64,000 bases of DNA. Source: Octopus vulgaris (lineage: Eukaryota). Positions within the stretch are counted from its first letter, which is position 1; the number at the start of each line of letters is the position of its first letter. Positions 12,246-24,350 of the stretch are shown one piece after another. The notes below the pieces were generated by a model. It had not been told where the DNA came from, ran no database searches, and saw only the letters and a program-made list of their open reading frames with translations. Made by a program: the position numbers and the translations under genes. The stretch covers positions 54,932,001 to 54,996,000 of the forward strand of contig OX597819.1 of the NCBI GenBank assembly GCA_951406725.2. Direction: 5' to 3'.

Positions 12246-15200
12246 ACTGTCTTAATAATAATAATACGATGCTTCTGGGAATGACTGTCCTTTTAAGCAG
12301 TCACAGATGTTTGTTATTATTTAGCTCCATATCAGATCTGACTGACTCCCTCCACCTTTCTCCAAACATAACCTCCTTAGATTACCTTATCAAATAAATC
12401 TTTTTAAATTTAGTCATTTGTAATGCTGTTTTACAAATGGGTGGTACTAAGAAGACATTTATTGTCTCGGAAGACAAGAAGGCTAATAATTGTTTCTAAT
12501 TTAGTTATAAGGCTAGCAGTTTTGAGGGGAGGGGGACTACTCAGTACCATCAATCCCAGTACTTGACTAGTGCTTTATTTTATCATCCCTGAAAAAGATG
12601 AGAAGCAATGTTGAACTGATGGTTACTCAGAATGTAAAAAACCAGAAGACATACCAAAAACCACATGAGTATTTTTTTCCAATGCTCTACTGAACCTGCC
12701 TGCTCATTGCCTTCAGACTAATAATAAAAATACTAATGTTGTAACCTGTTGGCATTTATATGAGAGTGATCAATAAATATAAATATGTGAAAGTGATCAA
12801 TAAATATAAATATAAACGCTCTTATTTCCAATCTCATGAGCTTGTTGGCACTGAAGTACTATTGTTTTATTTTTCTGAATTCTTACAGCCTAGTAATATC
12901 TTAGCTTTAAATGAGTCAACAAGCAATCATTTGTGTGTGCTTGTGTGGTTACTCGACCTGCTGGAAATAACAACCACATTCTACTCAAACCAGTCAGTAT
13001 CATCTTAAAAAAAGGAAGGATGCAATAATGTAGTTCATGATGTATTATTAGCAATAAAAATGACTTTTTTTTTTATCAAATTCAGTCAAGGCTAAATAAC
13101 AATAAGTAGCAAAGTTATCTTTTATGGTATTATATCACATAACTTATTAATCAGGCATAGTTATGGCTATGTGGACAGGCATGGCAGTGTGGTTACAAAG
13201 CTGATAAAAATACTTGTACTCAGTGTAGCTTTTGTTTCACCCAAGTTGTACACACAAGCTTTTGTCACTTTCACTTTTAGAAAAACTGTCCTGTTCTTGA
13301 AAATCCTGTCCTTACAACATGAAAAAAATTTTAATTGTCATCTGTATGGTAACTAAATGTAATACACCTTTAGAAGGCATGAAGCTGAGGAATCATCTGA
13401 GATAAAATCTCTTCATAGACTTGTGTTAAAGACATATTGGAGTGAAATGAACTCCAGTGACTCATAAGATGACCTTTGTTGAAGCTTGTCAATGTTATGC
13501 ACTTGATTGTCTATTTACTTAGATGAAATTCATGCTTTGATATATAGAAAGCAGTGACTAAGATGTTCACTGGTATTGTAAAAGTTTGCAGGGCTGTAGA
13601 AAAATTCAGTATATGCAATTGAATAAAAGTCTTTGGTTTCCTTTTAAGAATGTAAAGATAATTTAGCAATGATTTCTAAAACAGATCCCAACTAAGAATC
13701 TCTTATCAGGTTGCTGTTTCCATTTTATCATTATTGCAGTGCTTTTTGCCAGTCTGAGCTAACTATCTCTGCTAGTCTTCTTCTAAAACCATCATGCATT
13801 TCAAATGAATGATAGATTCCCTATGTGGCCATTCAACATGCTAGAAATAATAGCGAAATCCTGCTGTCTTTATAAAGAAAAGGAAGGATATATTGGATAA
13901 TGCAGTCTGAAATAAACTGTCTGTAAAAATGGAATGGCTGCAACTAGAATGTCTTTAATCATAAGTCTGCTTAACCAGAGGTGGGCTGGAATTAAAGAAT
14001 GGAATGAACATTGGGTAATGTAGCCAAGAAAAAAAAAAAATATATATGGGATGGTCATAATTGGAATACTTTTGTTCATAGTCTTCCTCAATCAGGTCTG
14101 ACCTAGGACTTCACAACTACAACAATCATCAGACTTTTCACTTTCTACTTTGTTCCAGTGGAGCCATTGGGTTCTGATATTTTGCATCTGATTGCATTAT
14201 TCCCAATTAAAAGTTCGTTGTATTTATGTTATCTTCAGGCATTAACATATAGTTAATTATGTTGCGATGAAAATATGCCCCACTGTATAAAATAGAAATT
14301 TCATTAATATGTAAATTTTCTTTAAAAAAAAAAGCAAAAAAAAAAAACCCCCCAAGAAGCAAACAACCTCGATTACTTCATATATGTTGTTTCCATGGTT
14401 GTTTGTTTACAGTGTATGACTAAACAGATCAATAAATCAATCGGCAGTCAATTCTGTCAACATAAATATTGATAACAAAGATAAAAACAGGGCAGGGTGA
14501 ATCCCCACTTCAACCTGATTATCTGAGTTTACTCGAATATAATTCAATTGTTAGTGACTCTTTCCCACTGTTACTTGTCAATTATTTATGCTATTCAGAT
14601 ACTCGTCTGATAAACCAGCAGACTTTAATTTATCAAAGTTCTAATTTCTGATAGGTTTTGGTCAACACTTATCAACAACTGTTTTGGATAAGTTCATTTA
14701 TTTTAATTAATTATTTTTTTTTTTTATATCCTGTTTTCTGAACAGTAATGTTATTGGTTATGGGTCACCAATGAGGCAAACTGTCAGCATTTATATTATG
14801 AAAGTGACGGGGGGGGGGGAAGAATTGCCTGTGCAACTCTGGTGGAGTGCTTATTTGTTTTGGTCTCTGATGTGCACCAATACAGGTGCAGACTTAGGTG
14901 TGTGGTACAAAGCTCACTTTGTCACCACATGGTTTGGGGATCAATCCTACTGCTTGGCACTTTGGGCATGTGTCTCCTACAATAGCCCTGGGCTGACCAG
15001 TAAAGGTTTTCTTACTTCACATGTTTTTGATGGTGTGAAGCAAGCAGGCAGGATTTGTTGACAGAAGTGATAACAACACTGCTCACAGTGAGTGGTTTTT
15101 GTAGACACTTTAAACACACACGTATGCACACACACACTCTCTCTCTCTAGGCTTCTTTCAGTTTCCCTTTACCAAATCTACTTGCAAGGCTTTGGTCAGC

Positions 15201-15821
15201 CTTGGGATTATCACAGAAGACTCTTACCTAAGGTGCTGTGCAATTGGCCTGAACCCAAACTCACATGGCCTGAACCAAACCATATAATGAAGGAAACTTC
15301 ATTATATGGTTCTCAAGGGGCTTCAACACAGTTTCCAGTAAGACTAGTTCAAAATGCCATACAGTAGAATTGAACCCAAAACCAAACAGTTGTAATGAGA
15401 ACTTAGCCACACATCTATGACTGCACCTTTTCTTTATAAAATTGTATGAAATAATGTAACGATAAAAGAATCTAGTTCTAACTGCTAATTATTTTTACAC
15501 ATTGAGAGCATTGTACGATATTTAATATCGACAATTTTTATACAAGCAATTATCATTTAAACACTCAACACATAACACCAATAATTATTGAATTATCATA
15601 ATCGTTAAAATATTTTCTTTTTGGCTAGTCACAATATTCCTATATATTTCAAGGACGACAAATGTGGAGGATGTTATTCATGCATTTCCTACTAACATTT
15701 GCAGTATTAGATGAGTGATAGTTTGTTTTCCCAATATAGATGTTTAACTGTGGTTATAGGTTGTTGGGTGGGGAGCAATTTTACTTTACAGTTGAATTCT
15801 ATAATTCTGTTACAGAAATGT

Positions 15822-15872
<51 letters not shown>

Positions 15873-15961
15873 ACAAAGTAAAGTTGTAAGGTACCGTATG
15901 AGTGAAAATATATATGAAAGAAGGTTTGAAAATGCAATGGACTTTTAGAGATGTTTATTGA

Positions 15962-15999
15962 CTTGACCGGTTTCACTTTTAGAAAAAGATTGTCAAAAG
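15962..15999 (-). ncRNA. Degenerate hammerhead motif
   Basis: Minus strand CUU-uUGACaA-U-CUUUU-ucu-AAAAG-U-GAAA-CCGG-UC-AAG. Stems and GAAA..GUC are intact but the first catalytic box has two substitutions. Lies in an insert between (TA)n tracts. Confidence 0.5.
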
Positions 16000-16185
16000 T
16001 AAAATGTAAAGCTTTGTATAAGCTTTGTTGTGTTAAGAGTACTGGTTATCAGAAAAGTATTAAAATACAGTTATACATTATTTGATAATGATATGAAAAT
16101 GTTAAAAACAGTTTGCAAGAAAGTATTCAAGAATGGGACTACAATAAGTAATTTGAGTTCAATAAAAATCATGTTTGTTTGGTAG

Positions 16186-16232
<47 letters not shown>

Positions 16233-16834
16233 GGAGAAATTTTTTTTTCTGTAGCTTCAGTTCAGGGCTGCGGCCATGCTGATACACCGCCATTTTAAAT
16301 ATATATGTGTGTGTAAATTAAATATGGATATAAACCTAGTAGTTTGCTCTACAAAGATTGTTGAAACAATTGAAGTGTTATCTAATAAAGTGTTGCTCAA
16401 TCCATTTTCTATTAATCATCTATAAGGACTCTCCTGTCAGTTTTGACATAGGAAGATCCAACAGCCTACTCTTTCTTTGTCAGTCATAATGCTTATGTCA
16501 ATTGTGACATTTGATTTGCCAATAATTTGCAAAGAAGCCTGCAGATGTTGCAAATATGAGGATTACTTGACTGTGCAGGCGGTATATTTGCAGCCAGTTT
16601 TCTCCTTTACCTTGCACTCCTTACTCTGTTAATGCTGGTTGAGCTAAAGTCTTATACCATTTTGACACAATGACCCTCAAGGCAGTTTGCTCAAAGGTGT
16701 TGTGAGCTATATTGACTGTTTAGTATCTGTAGTTACTACAACCACTAAAAATATGCATAGTCTGCTCTACAAGACTTGTGTGCATTTTGAATATTGTTGA
16801 TTCACATAAAAATAAGCATCGGTTACACACACAT

Positions 16835-16887
<53 letters not shown>

Positions 16888-17308
16888 GAGGTTACCAGCC
16901 TTTCTTTGGCTCTTCATTATGCAGGAGCTAAAGAAAATTTGTCTCAGAATATTAGAAGCTGCTATCCATGTTTTACTAAACACAACATCCCAGTATATAC
17001 TCTCTATACAGTGTCATCTAAGAAAGATGCATGAGAAAGTGTGTTGGTGTGTGTGTCTTTCCTTGACTTCTTCAATAACCCCAAGAGTGACCTGGACCCA
17101 GGATCTTTTTTTCCTGTTATTCTAGACTGATTTTGCAATTATATGCAAATTTTTATTGACATTCATAGAGAAATAGTGACAGTTCAAGGCATATAAACAA
17201 ACATCAACACTATACTTATATACATGAATACATACATACATACATACATCATTGTTTTAACATCCATATTTTTGTCCAGCCTATGCTTGCATAGGTTGGA
17301 CAATAAGA

Positions 17309-17486
17309 AATTGAGATGATAAAGTAATAAACAGTTATCTTATGAACTTCATTAGCTCACAACTGTTTCTGCTATCCGTTTGAAGCTCTGATGAGGCTAC
17401 AAGGTGATATGCCACTGCACCTTGTAGCAGAAACAGCTATAACCTAATGAAGTTCATAAGATACTTGTTTATTTCTTTGTCAGCTC

Positions 17487-17490
<4 letters not shown>
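17309..17490 (+). mobile_element. Fold-back element with hammerhead motif (Penelope-like remnant)
   Basis: 66-bp inverted arms (17309-17374 and 17425-17490, about 9 mismatches). Hammerhead at 17384-17445: CUGAUGA, perfect 11-bp stem II gctacaaggtg/caccttgtagc, GAAA. Abuts (TA)n. Confidence 0.75.
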
Positions 17491-17535
<45 letters not shown>

Positions 17536-18227
17536 ATGCATAATTATTGAAGACTTCAGTTTTTAGCAAATCTTGGTTTAAACATAAATATTCATAAAAT
17601 GAAGGTTAATTCGGGTAATTAATGATTTACAGTGCAAGATTTTCTCATGCTCATTTAAACCCTGTCCCACTTTATAGTTGAGTACACACACACACACGTG
17701 TGTGCATACACACACGTGCTTTCTCTCATTCGCTTTCATTTGCTTTCTCTCACTCTCTTTGTCACTCCCCCCCCCGGCAAAAGCCTAATATAGTATTCTG
17801 TAGCAGCACACCAGTAATATATTAATAAAATTATAATAGGATTAACATTCTTTCCGTATTTAAACATTTAATTGGGGGATATGATATTCTATGATCATCT
17901 CTGAAACCTAGTTTGTCATTACTGTTATTAACCTCAGGTCAACAATGATCAAACAGATCTGTAATGAAAGGCATTCCAGCCATGACTATCTACCTTTTTT
18001 TTTGAGTTATCTAGTACTATCAATTTGAGTTGTCAGGATGTGCTCTGACTGCTATTTCTAATGAGTTAAGTGACCACATACAAAAGATACCCATCCATTG
18101 TTTGTTATGTAAATCTATGTGAGAACCTTTTATTAGGCCAGAAACATTAGATCTATCTATAACTGTAGAAGCTGTTTTACTAAATCCTTCAAAATTTTTG
18201 CTATTTTTAGTTATATGAATCACACAG

Positions 18228-18307
18228 GCATAGTGTAGTGGTTAAGAGCATGGGCTACTGACCCCAAGATTCCGATTTCAATTCCAGGCAGTGACCTGAA
18301 CAATAAT
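18228..18307 (+). mobile_element. tRNA-derived head of the same family as 51700-51775
   Basis: gtagtggttaagagcatgggctactgaccccaagattccgatttcaattccaggcagtgacctgaacaataat matches the reverse complement of 51700-51775. Confidence 0.75.
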
Positions 18308-18384
18308 GTTTTGTTTTTTTTCTTAAAATATGGTCAAGAAGACATTTTAATAAATCGTCTGACAAAAAAGAGTAGCACTGGTAG

Positions 18385-18900
18385 CATCATCATCATTTAA
18401 CGTCCGTTTTCCATGCTGTCATGTGGTGGATGGTTTGACTGAAAACTGGTAAGCTGCATCAGGTTCTAATCTTATTTAGCATGGTTTCTACAGCTGGATG
18501 CTCTTCCTAACACCAACCACTCTAAGAGTGTAGTGGGTGCTTTTTTACATGCCACTGGCATGGGTATCATTTATGGAACACCAGGATTGGCCACGATGCT
18601 GGCACGTAAAAAGCACCATCCAAACATGGCTGATGCCAGCACCGCCTTGACTGGCATCCGTGCTGGTGACATGTAAAAAGCACCAACCAATCGTGGCTGT
18701 TTGCCAGTCTCCTCTGGCCCCTGTGCCGGTGGCACGAAAAAAGCACCCACTACACTCACAGAGTGGTTGGCATTAGGAAGGGCATCCAGCTACTGAAGCA
18801 CTGCCAGATCAGACTGGAGCCTGGTGCAGCCTCCTTGCTTCCCAGACCCCAGTCGAACCGTCCAACCAATGCTAGCATGGAAAACGGACATTAAATGGAA
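18385..18900. mobile_element. Two divergently oriented RTE-type 3' tails
   Basis: Minus copy 18385-18560 and plus copy 18700-18900 of the tail seen at 8720-8875, with internal repeats of tggcacgtaaaaagcacc. Confidence 0.75.
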
Positions 18901-20859
18901 TATTGCCAAAGGTCTCAGTCACTTAACACTGCCTTCAGTGGGGCCCAAAGTTCAAAGGGTGCTTAGCTTTGGGATAACTTTGATTCATTTACAGTTGATA
19001 CAGGAAGAGGGTGGATAATGAAAATGAGTTGATTTATTAAATAATATCGGTAACAGATTCTCTATTTCAAATATCTGTTTTATATTTCCATTGCTCTCAA
19101 GTTATAACAAACAGTGAGAAAGCCTCTGCTGATCTCAGCCTGCTAGAAAAGACAACCAAATTTTCCTCATTTTACACACTACTACCTTTAGAAAATGGAA
19201 GTATATATTGGATTATGTAGTCTTTAATATACTACAAATGTAAAAAAAAAAAGGTACTGGTTGGTCTCAGCTGAAATGTCTTTAATGATACGTTTGCTCA
19301 ACCAGAGCACTGATCTGGAGCCAAGCAATAACAACTGAAGAATTTAGTTATTCTTATAACCCATTCAAGTAATTAACTTCTGCTTTTTCACATCAACTGT
19401 TGTGCTGATACGTACATTTTTGAAGTTCTATCAGTCTATTGCCTGACCTTTTACAAATTGGTGCACAATAGGTGCAGTAAAATTTCTTGTAGTGAGAGAA
19501 ATTAGAACTTCAGGTGTAAAGGAGTAACTAATAGCATACATAGACTAATATGAGGAGCACAAGAGGTCTTGCACAGATATTACGCTGGAGAGATATAATG
19601 TGACTGAAATATGCATTTCAATCAAAGAGTGGTGTCTGTTGCTGGTACTTGAGATGCGGTAGATAAAAAAAGACTTGGAATGAAGCCATTTAGATCTCTA
19701 AGAATGTTGGGTTTTAGAAATATATAATTTTATTGGATCCAATATGTATAGAATGATGTTCTTTACTGCAAAGCTTGGTCCAGAATGGAAACACCAACCA
19801 ACATTAAAACAAGAATTTATTATATTGCCTATACAATAATGATTTCCAGCTTATTCCTTTCCTTGAGCTGTGGTCATTTTATTATTAACTGTTCATTTTT
19901 TTGTTTTTAATTCCCTAACCATATGCCAGCCTTAAATATGCCAAACATATTTGGCATCTGAATGGGAACCAGGTCAATTGTACATTTAAAACTTTCATTA
20001 ACATTCTGTAGATTATCAAATACAAGTTAGTTTGTATTATAACAAGTACATATTCAGTTATTACATTAAAAATATGGCATATCTACAATGTTGCATATTC
20101 ATACATATCCAAACTACATTCTATGACTCTCAACTCTATATTTAATATCTGCATAACAGCAGGGTTTAATAATGAATTCTTATTTATACACAAGGCAACG
20201 ATTTTAAACGACACAGCAAGGAGCCACCGGCATGGAAAAAAAAATTTAAGTTAATGTTAACCTAATTGATGTAAGAGCCATTAAAAAGCTAACCGGAGAA
20301 AACATGGTTACTAAGAAAACAACACTATTTTAGTTAATGACTAATAAGCTATATTTGAATTATTTTGGCAAATATGGAAACAATGTTGTATGATGATTGT
20401 GTGATAATCATGACTTTTTCTGCAGACATTAGCATAATGCATGTTATCAAAACAATAAAATCAACTTCTGGATTCTGTTTATGAGTAACTTATCCCTCAT
20501 CCTATAGCACACAGACACATGATAACAGGATTTAGATCAAATATATAGAAAGATACAGATATAGCTGCATGGTTCAGATGGTTGCTTCACAACCATATGG
20601 TTTGTGGATCAGTCCTACTGTGTGGTGTCTATGTCAAGTATTTTCTTCTCTAGCTCTGGACTGACCAATGTCTTGTGAATGAAATTGGTTCATGGAAATT
20701 GTATGAGCCTGTCATCTTCCTCCTCATTACTATTTAAAATCTGTTTCCCATGCAGGAATAGGCTGGATGGTTCAACAGGAGTTGGCCAGAGGACTGCGCC
20801 AAGCAACAATGTCTGCTTTGGCATGATTTCTACAGCTGGATGGCCTTTCTAATACCTAT

Positions 20860-21075
20860 TTCTTTACTACCCACAAGGGGCTAAACACAAGGACAGACAA
20901 ATGGATTAAGTCGATTATATCAACCCCCAGTGTGTAACTGGTACTTATTTAATCAACCCCGAAAGGATGAAAGGCAAAGTTGACCTCTGCGGAATTTGAA
21001 CTCAGAAGGAAGCGGCAGACGAAATACAGCTACACATTTTGCCCGGTGTGCTAACGTTTCTGCCAGCTCGCCGCC
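20860..21075 (-). mobile_element. SINE family B nested in an RTE-type tail
   Basis: Family B consensus. Flanked by a duplicated cctttctaatacc at about 20844-20856 and 21075-21087, consistent with a target-site duplication. Confidence 0.85.
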
Positions 21076-21702
21076 TTTCTAATACCAACCACTTTACAGA
21101 GGTATATTGGGTACTTTTATGCGATGTCAGTACCACTAATGTCACTAATTAACACTCAAGATAAGACCCCTCATCTTAGAGGTAGGGTGTAGTAATGACC
21201 CTTTAACATTTAAACTGGACATATCAGGTCCGAATATTCTACCTGTTTATTGTTCAAACTTACCAGATCTGACTTCTCACACCTATGCTACAATGTCAGT
21301 CTAAAAATAAGCAATTATATCATCAAAATCCCAAAGCTATGAAATAACGCATGTTTAATTAAAAACTATGGATAAAGAAGCATTACATGTGACAATAATC
21401 TGAATGCTAAAGGGAGGTGGGTTACTGTTAGAGGATAAGAAGCTAAAGTTTGACAGAGGGACAGGAACAGGTGCCTTCCTGTAGGAGGAGATACATGGAT
21501 TTATGTATATTATTTGTGTGTATATGGATGTAAGTGCATGTATGTGCAAAAATGTTGACATTCCACTGCTTTGCTTGTTACCACCTAAGCAAAATGATGA
21601 TATGATGTTTATATACTTTGTTGGCATATCACGCAATTTTTTTACACTTTCAAAAATGGTAGAATATAAAAAAAAGAACACATCTGTACTTGATAAATGA
21701 AT

Positions 21703-21749
21703 GGTTATGGGTTGGTGACAGGAATAGTTCCTGTCACCAACCCATAACC
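21703..21749. repeat. Perfect 22-bp inverted repeat with 3-nt loop
   Basis: ggttatgggttggtgacaggaa-tag-ttcctgtcaccaacccataacc. Confidence 0.95.
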
Positions 21750-22001
21750 GTATTTTACAATACCCAGCTGTAAAGTACTCTCAGATAAGCCCTCCAACAC
21801 CACCAACACCACATCCAGTCCATGCAAGCATGGAGGAACAGATCATAATCCTTTTGCTACAATATTTCTAATGAAATCTGCTGCCTTTGTTTCAATTAAT
21901 ATTGTGAAACATAAAGAATTTATTAAGATAACTTTGATATGATTAAACTGCTGTTTCTAACATATATAAACAATGAGACTTTGAAAAGTTTAATTTTGAA
22001 A

Positions 22002-22161
22002 AGGCGCAGGAGTGGCTGTGTGGTAAGAAGCTTGCTTATAAACCACATGGTTCCGGGTTCAGTCCCACTGCGTAGCACCTTTGGCAAGTGCCTTCTACTG
22101 TAGCCTCGGGCCGACCAAAGCCTTGAGTGGATTTGGTAGACGGAAATTGAAAGAAGCCCAT

Positions 22162-22198
<37 letters not shown>

Positions 22199-22410
22199 AT
22201 ATGTTTGTGTGTCTGTGTTTGTCTGCCCCCCCCTCCACATCGCTTGACAACCAATGCTGGTGTGTTTACGTCCCCGTGACTTAGCAGTTCGGCAAAAGAG
22301 GCCAATAGAATAAGTACTAGGCTTACAAAGAATAAGTCCTTGGGTTGATTTGCTCGACTAAAGGTGGTGCTCCAGTATGGCCACAGTCAAATGACAGAAA
22401 CAAGAGAGAG
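22002..22410 (+). mobile_element. SINE family A, full length
   Basis: Complete head, central (TA)n(TG)n and tail. Confidence 0.92.
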
Positions 22411-22591
22411 TAAAACAGGCAGTTTGTATTATAGAACCAGAGGCAGTCTCAGATGGGGTGAGTGTGCCAAATTGGTTAAATGAATGAACAAACAAATAAA
22501 GTGTAATTTTTATTTCAAATCTTTATTAAGTAAATATATATTTTTTAAAATAATCTTTATTAAGTCTTACCTTTTTTTTTCTTTTTTCCAG

Positions 22592-22896
22592 CAAAAACAA
22601 CTGCCTGTTTGATCTAGCCTGGCAACGAGAGGGTTCCATTACTATTAAAGCGTTTAACAATTATTATATTTACAACAAAGCAACCGGTAGCCTCCTTGCT
22701 AACAGTGATGCAATTTCAGAAAAGGAAAAATTCCGAATTCGACTTGTTAACAGACCAGTTCTGGTCATGAAAGGAGAATTTGGTTTTGTTGCCTTCAAAG
22801 TTCCTGGATCTGCTAAAGCAGAATATGTATGCAACAAATCCGTTTATGATCTGATATTTCTGGAAGCAACTGAAAGAGGGATTTACCATTTCAAAG
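22592..22896 (+). CDS. sn: Fascin internal coding exon
   Basis: T-rich tract and ccag acceptor, gtatgc donor. Open frame KNNCLFDLAWQREGSITIKAFNNYYIYNKATGSLLANSDAISEKEKFRIRLVNRPVLVMKGEFGFVAFKVPGSAKAEYVCNKSVYDLIFLEATERGIYHFK(G), containing the fascin NRP.LV..GE.GF motif. 305 nt, phases join both neighbours. Confidence 0.96.
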
Positions 22897-23346
22897 GTAT
22901 GCATCTTTTCTCTTTTTATTATTTTACTTGTATTTGAATCTTCCATTACCTGTTTTCATTTTTGTCGACTTTATTATATTTAGCATTTTGTTATTTATGG
23001 AAAGAAAGATTATAGCAAGCTACGTCTTGGATCTGCACAAAATAAATTCTAGTATTAGCAATTTATATACTGCCTACAGAGTTTTAACTACCTGTTGCTC
23101 AACTTCACTGTTGAATTATCTTGATGTGTCTCATGTGTTGCGTTTCTTAAAGAACTCTCTCCAGCATTTTGGTTACTGGAGTCCATAATGTATCTAAATC
23201 CATTTGGAATTATCCCTTCATAGTTAGTCTCACACACACACACACACACACATACGCACACACACTATTAGTACTCCATTGGTTATGACAAAGGTTCCAG
23301 TTGATCCAATCAACTGAACAACCTGCTCAGAAAATTAACATACCAT

Positions 23347-23508
23347 AGGAGTGGCTGTGTGGTAAGTAGCTTGCTTACAAACCACATGGTTCCGGGTTCA
23401 GTCCCACTGTGTGGCATCTTGGGCAAGTGTCTTCTACTATAGCCGCAAGCCGACCAAAGCCTTGTGAATGGATTTGGTAGACGGAAACTGAAAGAAACCC
23501 GTCGTGCA

Positions 23509-23540
<32 letters not shown>

Positions 23541-23850
23541 AAGTTAATCCAAACAAGAAAGCACAAAAAAACACAACAACGCGAGGACGTGGAACAAATA
23601 TAGTATTATTGGACGCTCAGGAAAGAAGGAGGGTTTAACGTTTCGAGCGGAGCTCTTCGTCAGAAACATAGGAGTAGGAAAGATCCAGAGAAGAGAAGAC
23701 AGAGGAAAAAAATTGCCAACGGTACACACGAGGTCACTATGTGTGTGTGTGTGTGTGTGTGTGTGAGTATATGTTTGTGTGTCTGTGTTTGTCCCCACAA
23801 TATCACTTGATAACCGATGCTGGTGTGTTTACATCCCCGTAACTTAGAGA
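23347..23850 (+). mobile_element. SINE family A interrupted by a 200-bp hammerhead-bearing insert
   Basis: Family A halves are separated by 23540-23737, which is inserted in the central TA/TG tract. Confidence 0.85.
23633..23667 (-). ncRNA. Minimal type I hammerhead ribozyme (Penelope type)
   Basis: Minus strand GUUU-CUGACGA-A-GAGC-ucc-GCUC-GAAA-CGU-UA-AAC, with intact catalytic boxes and palindromic AACGUU in place of stem III. Confidence 0.8.
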
Positions 23851-24019
23851 CGGGAAGAGACTCGGCATGACACAAGATGTGACAAGGCTGGCCCTTTGAA
23901 TTACTGGAGTGCACTGGACAATGTGGAATAAAGTGCCTTGCACAAAAGCAGAATGCACCACCAGGTATGAAACTCAAGGTTTTACTATTGTGAGCCAAAT
24001 ATCCAAACAACTGAACCAG

Positions 24020-24350
24020 GACCCCAGGACTTATTCTTTGTAAGCCTAGTACTTATTCTATCGGTCTCTTTTGCTGAACCACTAAGTTACGGGGATGTAA
24101 ACACACCACCATTGGTTGTCAAGTGATGTTGGGGGGGATGGCAAACACAGACACACAAACATGTACACACACATACATATACATATATACGATGGGCTAC
24201 TTTCAGTTTCCGTCTACCAAATCCACTCACAAGGCTTTGGTCAGCCCGAGGCTATCGTAGAAGACACTTGCCCAAGGTGCCACGCAGTGGGGCTGAACCC
24301 AGAACCATGTGGTTGGTAAGCAAGCTACTTACCACACAGCCACTCCTGCA
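24020..24350 (-). mobile_element. SINE family A
   Basis: Reverse complement of the family A consensus. Confidence 0.9.
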
